Assembly: GCA_016839445.1 (NCBI GenBank)
Contig: JAEOUG010000126.1
Span: 1-19,254, forward strand
Direction of reading: 5' to 3'
From: Candidatus Thorarchaeota archaeon
GTDB taxonomy: Archaea > Asgardarchaeota > Thorarchaeia > Thorarchaeales > Thorarchaeaceae
Length of the DNA: 19,254 nucleotides
Under the pieces are notes generated by a model, which was not told where the DNA came from, ran no database searches, and worked only from the letters and a program-made list of their open reading frames with translations. Made by a program: the position numbers and the translations under genes. Positions 6,939 through 15,008 of the stretch are shown here, one piece after another. Position 1 is the stretch's first letter; each line of letters opens with the position of its first letter.

Positions 6939-8681
6939 TCACGGATTGAGTTCCGTTGCGTCTACTGCTATGCTGTGCTCAAGATGACGCCTGTAGCGTT
7001 CAGGAACAGGATAGTTGTGAAACGAATGAGCGAACCATCTGCCCATCATATCCTCAAGCTCTCTGTTGATTCTCTCCCAGAGCTGCTCTGATAGAGACGG
7101 GGACACAGACCAGACCTTCCCGTGTGGTGTTGCTCGAATCCTTCCCCTCTTCGAAACAACAACCCCCCTCTGCAGTGTGAGATATGCCTCTGAGAAGGCG
7201 CGTACAATTCTGTCCGGATAGTCTGAGATTCTGCTCTGCGTTGGGTCGATAGCGTAGACCGCCACGTCTGCATCAGCGCCGTGGCCGAGATGGCCTTTGG
7301 TCTCGTGGATGCCCAGAATCTTCGCAGGTGCTGCGCGAGTCGCAATTGCCACCTCTTGGAGAGTCCACTCTCGGTCAATGTCTGGCAGATTGGAGCGCTC
7401 TGAAGCGAGGGGATGAACCTTCTTGAGCCACTTCTGTCGTTGCTTGTGACTCATGAGCCATGACAGCACTAGCGGGTACTTCGTGAAGGGGCCAGCGTTG
7501 GGATGGTCTGTGCTCAACGCACATCTCCAGGGGTCTCTGATACTCAGCGCGAACTCCAGAGGGATTGCCCACTGGATCGAGTTCCCGGGGGAGTTCTCCC
7601 TGTACACATATGGCACTACTCCCGCGCCGCCTGGAAGCTCAACATCCATTGTGAGATGGGTCCACTTCCGCTTGGTCAATCCATGAAGATAGAACTCAAA
7701 CGGTCCGTCGGCGGTCATTGTTGTCGCATTGCCAAAGGTGATCTGACCCAGATCTACGCTGAAGTGATGGTTTCTGTTATAGTATTCTGCTAGTCTGAAA
7801 CCACCAGAGGAGAGATCCTTCCAATCATCGCTGTTCTCATCTACAGAGTCGTAGCTCTCAAATGACATATGTGTGAGGTGTGCAACTGAAGACCTCCCGT
7901 CATGACCCTTGATGCCCTCCAGTGACTCCAAGTGCCTAAGGGTCGTTTCGATATTGCCCACTCTACCAAGATTGACCGGGTGAAGATGGAGAGGATGCGG
8001 CAGGCCTAGCGATTCTACGGCCCTGCAGAGACCTACAGTGATCTGTCTGGGCGTTATGCCCCAGTGCGGGACTTCCACGTCAATGTCATTGATGTCTTCG
8101 CCGTGAGCCCACGCGTAGTTCCCACCGGGGTTCACAGCCTTCACACCAAGACCACCAACACTCCGAAGGGTCCAAGCAATGTAGGCTGCGAGACCGCTGA
8201 TATCGCCCTCTCTAACATAGTGGAAGGTGATCATGCTGTTGCAGAACATCGGAAGCATGCCCATGTCTAGATTGGGTATGTCCTCGAGCTCCTCCCAAGC
8301 GCTAAGCGCCTTCAGTGCTGGCAGTGCTGGTTCGATGACAGTGGTGTAGCCCATAAAGGAGTAGCGATAGCCCGTAACGTGAGAGGTCGGCATTGTATGT
8401 CCTACACCCCCACGAGTCTTGCTTGTCCTTGGTACAACATCATCACGATGATCCTCAGGACACATCGCACGACCAAAGCCAAGCTTACTCCCTACGATGT
8501 GCGAGTGTAGGTCCACCCCTCCTGGCATAACAACGAATCCCTTCAGGTCAATACTCCTTGCCCTCTCGCCTACAGACTCGGTGACCTTACCATCTGAGAT
8601 ACAGATGTCCATGATTTCTCCGTCTATACTGTTCAGTGGATCATAGACACGACCGTTCTGGAGGAGTATTTCTGCCGGCAT
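6939..8681 (-). CDS. fwdA: Formylmethanofuran dehydrogenase subunit A (amidohydrolase)
   Basis: NGRVYDPLN, GGVDLHSH, GRAMCPEDH, GVKAVNPGG (carboxy-Lys), HLHPVNLG, HLTH, TTMTADGP, STDHPNAGPF and KGHLGHGADADVAVY. The metal ligands look intact. Confidence 0.96.
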   Translation of the reverse strand: MPAEILLQNGRVYDPLNSIDGEIMDICISDGKVTESVGERARSIDLKGFVVMPGGVDLHSHIVGSKLGFGRAMCPEDHRDDVVPRTSKTRGGVGHTMPTSHVTGYRYSFMGYTTVIEPALPALKALSAWEELEDIPNLDMGMLPMFCNSMITFHYVREGDISGLAAYIAWTLRSVGGLGVKAVNPGGNYAWAHGEDINDIDVEVPHWGITPRQITVGLCRAVESLGLPHPLHLHPVNLGRVGNIETTLRHLESLEGIKGHDGRSSVAHLTHMSFESYDSVDENSDDWKDLSSGGFRLAEYYNRNHHFSVDLGQITFGNATTMTADGPFEFYLHGLTKRKWTHLTMDVELPGGAGVVPYVYRENSPGNSIQWAIPLEFALSIRDPWRCALSTDHPNAGPFTKYPLVLSWLMSHKQRQKWLKKVHPLASERSNLPDIDREWTLQEVAIATRAAPAKILGIHETKGHLGHGADADVAVYAIDPTQSRISDYPDRIVRAFSEAYLTLQRGVVVSKRGRIRATPHGKVWSVSPSLSEQLWERINRELEDMMGRWFAHSFHNYPVPERYRRHLEHSIAVDATELNP

Positions 8682-9977
8682 CTAGGATCCCGACCTCCGA
8701 ATCTCCTTGAGTATCAGCCTCAGGATGTCTCTATCTGATTTCACTCCCGGTGGTGGCTCAACACACTTCTTAAGATAGAGAGGGAGCCCATCCATCCGAG
8801 ATGCTGCACCATCGGCCTCAATACCTGACATAGCAGTGGGAATGTTCACAGCCGCCAGCAACGATGTCATATTCTGCTTCGGGTCCAGATTGATGATAGG
8901 AATCTTGCTCAGCTTACTCACAATGGAGCCGGGGAAGTGTGCCGCTGGGTCAGCAGCCACGTTCAGGATTGCGTCCACTTCGCCTCTTCGAATGAGATCA
9001 ATGGCAGTGTATTCACCGGGCTGGTAGCGAGGGTACGACCTGCTATAGTCGACAGCGAAGGGATAGCCAGTCTGCCAAGTGGAGGTCTTGTTTGCACCGG
9101 TGACGTTGTAGTGTCCCCGCATTGGCAGCATGGCCCATCTCGTATACTGGTTGAGGTCCTGAATCAGTCGAATGGCGGCATCGACGTTGCGGTGTTTGCC
9201 CCGCGATTGAGAAAGCCCTAGGCCGAAGAACAGAATGCCGTACTTCGTGGCTTTCATGGTCTGGACCATGTCATGGATACTCGCTATGGGCAGGCCTCCT
9301 ACCTGTTCTACGTCCAAGGTGTGTCCGCGCAGGAGCGCGCGCATAGTGCCAAGAATCTCCATGTCGTGGCCGGGTTCGATTTGGATGAACCGGTCGGCCA
9401 CTCCAGCGGTCACCGACTTCCGTATGTCAACAACCCAGAGCTCTCTGGTCTCGTTGTAGATGCCCGGGGCTCTGACAAAACGGTTCAAGTGGCGGGGGTG
9501 CGCGAACTGAGGGTTTGCACCCCAGTAGACTATAAGGTCTGCACGGTTGCGAACCTCACCAAGGGAACCATGAATCTCACCCGACTCCTGACTGCCTATC
9601 ACCGTCGGACCATGACATACTGAGGAGGTGTTGTCAACGACGCCTCCAATCTCCTCGGCAATGCGGTAAGCCTCCCGGTGCGCATCATTCTCGGTTGAAC
9701 TGAGACCATATACTAGAGGTCGCCTTGCTGATGCCAAGATGCCGGCTGCTACCTTGATTGCCTTCCCGAGATCGACAGACACGAACTCGCCGTCAATACG
9801 GACGGAGGGTGTGTTCATCCGGTCCTTCAAATGGTTGAGAAACTTGGACTTGCTTATGGCACAACCGTTCTCGTTCGCCACGATTCGGCCTTCCTCCAAC
9901 TCGAGGACTATGTCATCGCAGAGACACCCGCAGAAGGGACAGATGACATTCTCAAGCCGGCTCTTCGTCATACTCAC
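8682..9977 (-). CDS. fwdB: Formylmethanofuran dehydrogenase subunit B (W/Mo-bis-PGD catalytic subunit)
   Basis: CPFCGCLCDD..C [4Fe-4S] motif, SSVCHGP metal-ligand Cys/His, NRADLIVYWGANP..AHPRH and PMRGHYNV. Its stop abuts the fwdA ATG. Start is GTG 9977 (GTGA overlap with fwdD) or ATG 9971. Confidence 0.96.
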   Translation of the reverse strand: MSMTKSRLENVICPFCGCLCDDIVLELEEGRIVANENGCAISKSKFLNHLKDRMNTPSVRIDGEFVSVDLGKAIKVAAGILASARRPLVYGLSSTENDAHREAYRIAEEIGGVVDNTSSVCHGPTVIGSQESGEIHGSLGEVRNRADLIVYWGANPQFAHPRHLNRFVRAPGIYNETRELWVVDIRKSVTAGVADRFIQIEPGHDMEILGTMRALLRGHTLDVEQVGGLPIASIHDMVQTMKATKYGILFFGLGLSQSRGKHRNVDAAIRLIQDLNQYTRWAMLPMRGHYNVTGANKTSTWQTGYPFAVDYSRSYPRYQPGEYTAIDLIRRGEVDAILNVAADPAAHFPGSIVSKLSKIPIINLDPKQNMTSLLAAVNIPTAMSGIEADGAASRMDGLPLYLKKCVEPPPGVKSDRDILRLILKEIRRSGS

Positions 9978-10378
9978 GCTTCCCCTGAAGCCACTTGCAG
10001 TAGCAATTCCGACGGGCTCAGAATCTGCTCTCCCTGCGCCGCGAAGACTCTACACAGGAGACCCTTGAACTCAGGCATGCCGGACTCGCCAGTCTCAGGC
10101 CCCAGAACTGCGTTAGCATATGGACCACATGGTACGAAGACGATGCCGGCCGATCCCCTTCTGTCTAGTTTGGCCTTGACAACCACAGAGCCATACTCTG
10201 ACTCGAGGCGAACAAAGCCACTATCCCCAACTCCCAGAGCGTCCAGGCTTGCCTCATCCATCTCGCAAACAGCCACGGCATCCTGATACTCTCTTGTCAG
10301 TTTGCCTGACTCCATGGAACTTCCTTGTCTGAGAGTGCGCCCGGTTGTCAGATAGACCTGAACTCCATCATCATTCAT
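9974..10378 (-). CDS. fwdD: Formylmethanofuran dehydrogenase subunit D (molybdopterin dinucleotide-binding)
   Basis: LTTGRTLRQG..K..EYQDAVAVCEMD, GIVFVPCGPYAN and TGESGMPEFKG. ATG 10378 is preferred to the track start at 10444. Confidence 0.93.
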   Translation of the reverse strand: MNDDGVQVYLTTGRTLRQGSSMESGKLTREYQDAVAVCEMDEASLDALGVGDSGFVRLESEYGSVVVKAKLDRRGSAGIVFVPCGPYANAVLGPETGESGMPEFKGLLCRVFAAQGEQILSPSELLLQVASGEA

Positions 10379-10518
10379 TCGTCGTCGTTCTTCGAGTAGA
10401 GTAATCATGTTTAGAAGTCTTGTGACGAACCTAGCACGAACCACTTCGAAGCCTTTATCAATTAAGACTCTGGGGAGCGCCCAGAAAGTCTCAGTTTGAG
10501 CAGGCAGTTGAGAGACCC
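10379..10518. promoter_or_regulatory. Divergent promoter region between fwdDBA and the E1/E2 cluster
   Basis: 140-bp gap. CGAAGCC-TTTATCAATTAA (10447-10465) is BRE/TATA-like on +. A weaker TTCTAAAC lies on - at 10409-10416. Confidence 0.55.
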
Positions 10519-11487
10519 ATGGCAGTCGACAAGAAGACTCTCAAAGAACTATACACACGCACACTGAAAGTCCGGCTCTTCGAGGAAGAAGTATGGGACC
10601 TCTTCGGCCAGAATGTTGTCCCTGGCACTCTCCACCTATATTTGGGCCAAGAGGCAGTAGCAGCGGGTGTCACGGCGGCCCTCGAGGACGCAGATTGGAT
10701 ACAGAGCACTCACCGTGGCCACGGACATGTTGTGGCAAAGGGAGCCGACATGAACGCAGCTCTGGCCGAGCTTCTCGGGAAGAAGACAGGTTCCTGCAAG
10801 GGCAAGGGCGGGTCGATGCACATCACTCAGTTCGATGTGGGTGTTCTCGGTGCCACAGGGGTGGTTGCCTCTGGACTTCCCATTGCTGTAGGTGCGGCGC
10901 TCTCATGCCAGATGCGAGGCACGAAGGACGTGGTAGCCTGCTTCTTTGGGGATGGGGCAAGCAACAACGGCACGTTCGGTGAGTCTCTGAACATGTCAGC
11001 AATCTGGAAACTGCCGGTAATCTGGGTGGTCGAAAACAACTTCTACGCTATGGGTACGCCCATCAAACTGACCTGCCCGAGTCAGAGTATCGCACAAAGA
11101 GGCGAGGCCTATTGCATTCCAAGCAAGGTTGTGGACGGGAACAATGCCTTGGAAGTCTATGAGGCGACCGTAGAAGCCGTGAAGCGGGCCCGAGAAGGAG
11201 GAGGCCCCACTCTAATCGAGTGTCAGACCTACCGTATGAAAGGTCACTCACGGTTTGACCCCGCCAAGTACCGGCCGGAAGACGAGGCTGAGCGCTGGCT
11301 TAGTAGAGACGCAGTAGATATCATACGCAAGATCGCGATTGAGCAGGGAGCCATCACGGAGAAGGAGGCTGACAAGATACGAGAGAAGCTCCTGAAGGAA
11401 GTGAAGAAAGCCGGCAAATTCGCGTTGGAATCAGAGTACCCAGACCCAGAGGAAACTCTGGATGATGTATATGCGGAGGCAATCTAG
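10519..11487 (+). CDS. acoA: TPP-dependent acetoin/2-oxoacid dehydrogenase E1 alpha subunit (AcoA/PdhA family)
   Basis: GTLHLYLGQEA, STHRGHGH, GKGGSMH, TPP motif GDG-X26-NN and TYRMKGHS. THRGHGH is typical of the AcoA-like clade; the substrate is not certain. Confidence 0.9.
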   Translation: MAVDKKTLKELYTRTLKVRLFEEEVWDLFGQNVVPGTLHLYLGQEAVAAGVTAALEDADWIQSTHRGHGHVVAKGADMNAALAELLGKKTGSCKGKGGSMHITQFDVGVLGATGVVASGLPIAVGAALSCQMRGTKDVVACFFGDGASNNGTFGESLNMSAIWKLPVIWVVENNFYAMGTPIKLTCPSQSIAQRGEAYCIPSKVVDGNNALEVYEATVEAVKRAREGGGPTLIECQTYRMKGHSRFDPAKYRPEDEAERWLSRDAVDIIRKIAIEQGAITEKEADKIREKLLKEVKKAGKFALESEYPDPEETLDDVYAEAI

Positions 11488-11488
11488 A

Positions 11489-12463
11489 ATGGCGGAGATG
11501 ACTTATCGCGATGCCCTGAAGGAAGGACTCCGAGAGGAGATGGCGAGGGACGAACGCGTCTTCATCATGGGAGAGGATGTCGGCAAGAACTGGGGCGGTG
11601 CATTCAAGGTCACAAAAGGCTTAGCGGAGGAGTTCGGCGATGCCCGAGTCCGAGACACCCCAATCTCTGAGAACGCAATCGCGGGAGCAGCTGTAGGCGC
11701 AGCTATCACTGGCCTGATTCCGGTAGCCGAGATCATGTTCGGCGACCTGATCACGTTGGCTATGGACCAGGTTTGCAATCAGGCCGCAAAAATGCGCTAT
11801 ATGTTCGGAGGTCAGACGTCTGTCCCCCTAGTTCTGCGGACAGTCTTCGGCGGTGGCAAGAACATCGCATCTCATCACTCTCAGAGCCTAGAGGCTTGGT
11901 TCATGCACACACCCGGAATCAAGATTGCAGTACCTGCCTTTGCATCTGATGTGAAGGGGATGATCAAGACAGCAATCAGAGACCCCGATCCGGTCCTCTT
12001 CGCCGAGCACAAGCTTGTCTATGATAAGAAAGAGGAAGTACCAGAAGGGGACTACACCATCCCGTTCGGTGAAGCTAGGATTAGACGAGAGGGGACCGAT
12101 GTCACAGTTTGGGGAACCTTCTTCATGCTTCACAAGGCGCTCGATGTTGCCCAAGAGCTTCAGAAAGAGGGGATCAGCGTAGAGGTCATCGATCCGAGGA
12201 CCCTTGTGCCTCTTGATAAGAAGACCCTCATTGAATCCGTGAAGAAGACAGGGAGATTGGTTCTGGTCACTGAAGAAACCAAGACACTCGCCACCACAGC
12301 CGAAGTGGCGGCAATCGTTCAGGAGGAGGCATTCGACTGGCTCGACGCGCCCATAAAGAGAGTGAACGCACCAGACACTCCAGTGCCGTTCAGTCCACCC
12401 CTAGAGGACTACTTCATTCCTGATGAGAAGAGGATAGCCCAAGCCATTAGAGAGATTGTGTAG
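11489..12463 (+). CDS. acoB: Acetoin/2-oxoacid dehydrogenase E1 beta subunit
   Basis: GEDVG..GGAFKVTKGL, RVRDTPISE, AEIMFGD, DQVCNQAAKMRYMFGG, HHSQ and EVIDPRTLVPLD. ATG 11489 lies 1 nt after the E1 alpha stop. Confidence 0.92.
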   Translation: MAEMTYRDALKEGLREEMARDERVFIMGEDVGKNWGGAFKVTKGLAEEFGDARVRDTPISENAIAGAAVGAAITGLIPVAEIMFGDLITLAMDQVCNQAAKMRYMFGGQTSVPLVLRTVFGGGKNIASHHSQSLEAWFMHTPGIKIAVPAFASDVKGMIKTAIRDPDPVLFAEHKLVYDKKEEVPEGDYTIPFGEARIRREGTDVTVWGTFFMLHKALDVAQELQKEGISVEVIDPRTLVPLDKKTLIESVKKTGRLVLVTEETKTLATTAEVAAIVQEEAFDWLDAPIKRVNAPDTPVPFSPPLEDYFIPDEKRIAQAIREIV

Positions 12464-12472
12464 GTGAGTCTG

Positions 12473-13705
12473 ATGCCCACAGTGATGATAATGCAACGGA
12501 TGAGCGTCGCCATGGAATACGGCGTCATCCTCAAGTGGCTGAAGAAGGAGGGGGATGCCGTCAAGAAGGGCGACCCCGTAGTGGAGATCTTCGGTGAGAA
12601 GAACGAGTTCGAACTCGAAGCTCCAGACGATGGAATTCTCCTGAAGACGTTGTGCGACGTGAACGATGAGATACCCATCAGTGAGCCAATAGCAATCATC
12701 GGGAAGAAGGGCGACGAAATACCCGACATCAAGCCAAGGAAGATCAACGAAGCTGCTGCGCCAGCGGCTCCTGCAAAGACACCCACGGCACAGGCAGTCC
12801 CGGAAGTGAAGAGAGCTGCAGCGACATCGAAAGCGCCCGCCCCTGTTCTTGAAGGTGGCAGACTACGTGCATCTCCAAGAGCCAGGAAGACAGCGGCAGA
12901 GGCAGGAATTGACCTCTCTCAAGTCACAGGCACTGGGCCGGAAGGAAGGATCATCGAGAAGGATGTCCTCACTATTCAGAGCATGGCTCCCCAAGTGGCG
13001 ATTGATGATGACAGGAAGGTGCGTGGGATAGAGACCATGTCTCCGCTCAGGAGGACCATTGCGCGTCGAATGACCCAGAGTGCGCAGAACCCCCACATCA
13101 CCATGATCACTGAGATAGACATGACAGAGGTCGTTACGCTCCGGGAGGAGATCAACGATCAAGTGCAGAAGAAGCACGGCATTAGGATTTCCTTCAACGA
13201 TGTCATCGTCAAGGCGGTGGCCGATACACTGGAGAAGTTCCCCAAGTTCAACGCAACTCTCGCCGGAAATGATCTCCACATGTTTGACACCATAAACATC
13301 GGCGTTGCCATGGCCACTGACGAGGGTCTCATTGTTGTGACTGTTCGTGAAGCCAACAAGAAATCTATCACTGAGATCGCACTTGCCACAAAGGAACTGG
13401 GCAGGCGGGCCAAGGCCAATGAGCTCACTGCAGAGGAGATGACAGGGAGTACCTTCACAGTTTCCAATCTGGGCCCCTTCAATGTGGACCTCTTCATCCC
13501 GGTCATCAACCCGCCCGAAACGGCGATTCTAGCTCTTGGTCAGATAAAGAAGAAGCCCGTAGTTGTCGATGATAGCATTGCCATCCGGAGCACGATGATG
13601 GCCAGTTGTGCTGTCGACCACCGAATTCTTGATGGTGCACCAGCGGGCCAGTTCCTCCAGTCCTTGAAGGACACTCTTGAGAACCCGTTCATGATGAAAA
13701 TGTGA
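12473..13705 (+). CDS. acoC: Dihydrolipoamide acyltransferase E2 (one lipoyl domain, peripheral subunit-binding domain, catalytic domain)
   Basis: Lipoyl domain KWLKKEGDAVKKGDPVVEIFGEKN, Ala/Pro linker, PSBD ASPRARK..GTGPEGRIIEKDV, STFTVSNLG and catalytic DHRILDG. RBS GGTGA precedes ATG 12473. Confidence 0.92.
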   Translation: MPTVMIMQRMSVAMEYGVILKWLKKEGDAVKKGDPVVEIFGEKNEFELEAPDDGILLKTLCDVNDEIPISEPIAIIGKKGDEIPDIKPRKINEAAAPAAPAKTPTAQAVPEVKRAAATSKAPAPVLEGGRLRASPRARKTAAEAGIDLSQVTGTGPEGRIIEKDVLTIQSMAPQVAIDDDRKVRGIETMSPLRRTIARRMTQSAQNPHITMITEIDMTEVVTLREEINDQVQKKHGIRISFNDVIVKAVADTLEKFPKFNATLAGNDLHMFDTINIGVAMATDEGLIVVTVREANKKSITEIALATKELGRRAKANELTAEEMTGSTFTVSNLGPFNVDLFIPVINPPETAILALGQIKKKPVVVDDSIAIRSTMMASCAVDHRILDGAPAGQFLQSLKDTLENPFMMKM

Positions 13706-13771
13706 TTCGTCGTTGAACTGGACAGAAGAAAGGATTATCATCCTTCACGAGGAACGATTCCTGAGAAGAAC

Positions 13772-14095
13772 ATGATATCTAGCGGACGCTGTCCAAAGTG
13801 TGGCAGCACTCGAATCGCAGGCCCTCATAGACTCCATGGGGGCGACGCACATGTCAGGATTGACCTACCGGGATTCCCAACGGCTACATTGGAGGCATTC
13901 ACATGTGCTGAATGTGGCTACTCTGAGTTCTACGCCGACCGAGTGGGCCTCGACAACATCAGATCTGCGGGACGCTTCGTCCTCAACGCGCCGCCTCCTC
14001 GCGCAAGCCACGCTGTCAGCCATTGCCCAAACTGCAGAACACCAGTGAGAGAGGGCACGACGTTCTGTGGTGAGTGTGGGTATCCCCTCGGCTGA
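13772..14095 (+). CDS. Double zinc-ribbon protein
   Basis: CPKC..CAECGYSEFY (DUF2082-like ribbon) plus CPNC..FCGECG (zinc_ribbon_2-like). A purine tract and TTATCA lie about 31 nt upstream. Confidence 0.85.
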   Translation: MISSGRCPKCGSTRIAGPHRLHGGDAHVRIDLPGFPTATLEAFTCAECGYSEFYADRVGLDNIRSAGRFVLNAPPPRASHAVSHCPNCRTPVREGTTFCGECGYPLG

Positions 14096-14168
14096 CTATT
14101 AGGGCGCATTCGCGGAGGACGCGAAGTTAATGGTGCCCACTGCCTGAGGATTGGTCGGGGAGTGAAAC

Positions 14169-14663
14169 TTACCGCTTGAGGCTGCTGGCAGGTGGTCTGG
14201 AGAGTAGTTCAATTGCAGACCGTATTTCTCTCCCAAAATCGTCAAGCATCCGTCTTATGCTGGGGCCATCTTCACTCAAGGTTTTCTTGATGACATCTAG
14301 GTCGTCAAGGCTATCATGAAGTCTGTCTTCCATCGTGCGAATCATTAGGAATACTGGTGATGGAATCTCCTTGCGAATCCTATAGAGAATCCTCCTTCGG
14401 CCCCTTCCTGTCTGATTCAGATCGGTTTCTCCCTCGACTATACCAGCGGCTTCAAGCTGAGAGAGGATTAGGGTGACATTGCTGCGAGAGTAGCTTGTCG
14501 CTTCGGCCAGCTCTTCCAGACTCAGTCGTTCGCCGGTCGCGTATCGCTCTGCGTAGAGAACGGCTAGCAAGGAACCCGAGTTCCTCGAGAGACCTAGCCA
14601 TTCCACGAGCTTCTCAAAGAAATGAACCAGCGGTAGCATGTCCACAACCCTACTTGTCGTCAC
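14169..14663 (-). CDS. GbsR/MarR-family transcriptional regulator
   Basis: FFEKLVEWLGLSRNSGSLLAVLY..LSLEELAEATSYSRSNVTLILSQLEAAGIV..GRGRRRILY. GTG 14663 with upstream GAGAGGT is preferred (alternative ATG 14639). Confidence 0.85.
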   Translation of the reverse strand: MTTSRVVDMLPLVHFFEKLVEWLGLSRNSGSLLAVLYAERYATGERLSLEELAEATSYSRSNVTLILSQLEAAGIVEGETDLNQTGRGRRRILYRIRKEIPSPVFLMIRTMEDRLHDSLDDLDVIKKTLSEDGPSIRRMLDDFGREIRSAIELLSRPPASSLKR

Positions 14664-15008
14664 TTTGCCGACCTCTCTCTTCAATGGCAATTTTGACTGT
14701 AGAAAACGGCATAAAAGGTCATTTGTCGGGTGCATCCCCTCATCCATGCAGTACATCCTTCAGATAATCCTCGCGGAGAGGACGGACTGAGATGTTGACC
14801 TTAAATCGGATGGACTCGACATGAGGCTGCACGTATCATTCGTGCCAAGCCTCGAAAAACGACATCTGCTCCGACCCTCACTGTTGCTCTGAGGTCCCTC
14901 CGCTGGCGGCGAGCAACATTCATTCTGCCGCTGGCACCCTTCTCCATACAACAACCTAATGTGCCAGTGCTACCTGTGTGTTAGCTCGGCCCCTCAGAGG
15001 CGTGGCAT

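Noticed and set aside
9615-9617. Possible selenocysteine at the FwdB metal ligand
   Set aside because: The codon in SSVCHGP is TGT (Cys) and the ORF has no in-frame TGA.
6939-9977. Interpretation as the formyltransferase/hydrolase complex (FhcAB)
   Set aside because: Subunit B keeps the Fe-S cysteines and the CHGP ligand, and a separate fwdD is present with no ftr-like fhcD.
10418-10426. TCTTGTGAC in the fwd/aco spacer matching half of the 1593-1607 palindrome
   Set aside because: Only a half-site; TTGTGAC also occurs within coding regions (near 150 and 7444), consistent with chance.
14664-14756. Long N-terminal extensions given by the ORF track for the regulator (and for fwdD, E1 beta and the wHTH)
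   Set aside because: Downstream starts fit RBS or TATA positions and family lengths better.
14821-14856. ATGA...GA flanking a hairpin, superficially like a eukaryote-type SECIS
   Set aside because: The G-A quartet register conflicts with the best stem, there is no apical AA, and no UGA-containing selenoprotein candidate lies upstream.
14664-15008. SRP RNA, RNase P RNA or tRNA in the long gap; also the 64-aa ORF at 14760-14954
   Set aside because: No hallmark motifs of these RNAs were found, and the ORF has no recognisable protein features.
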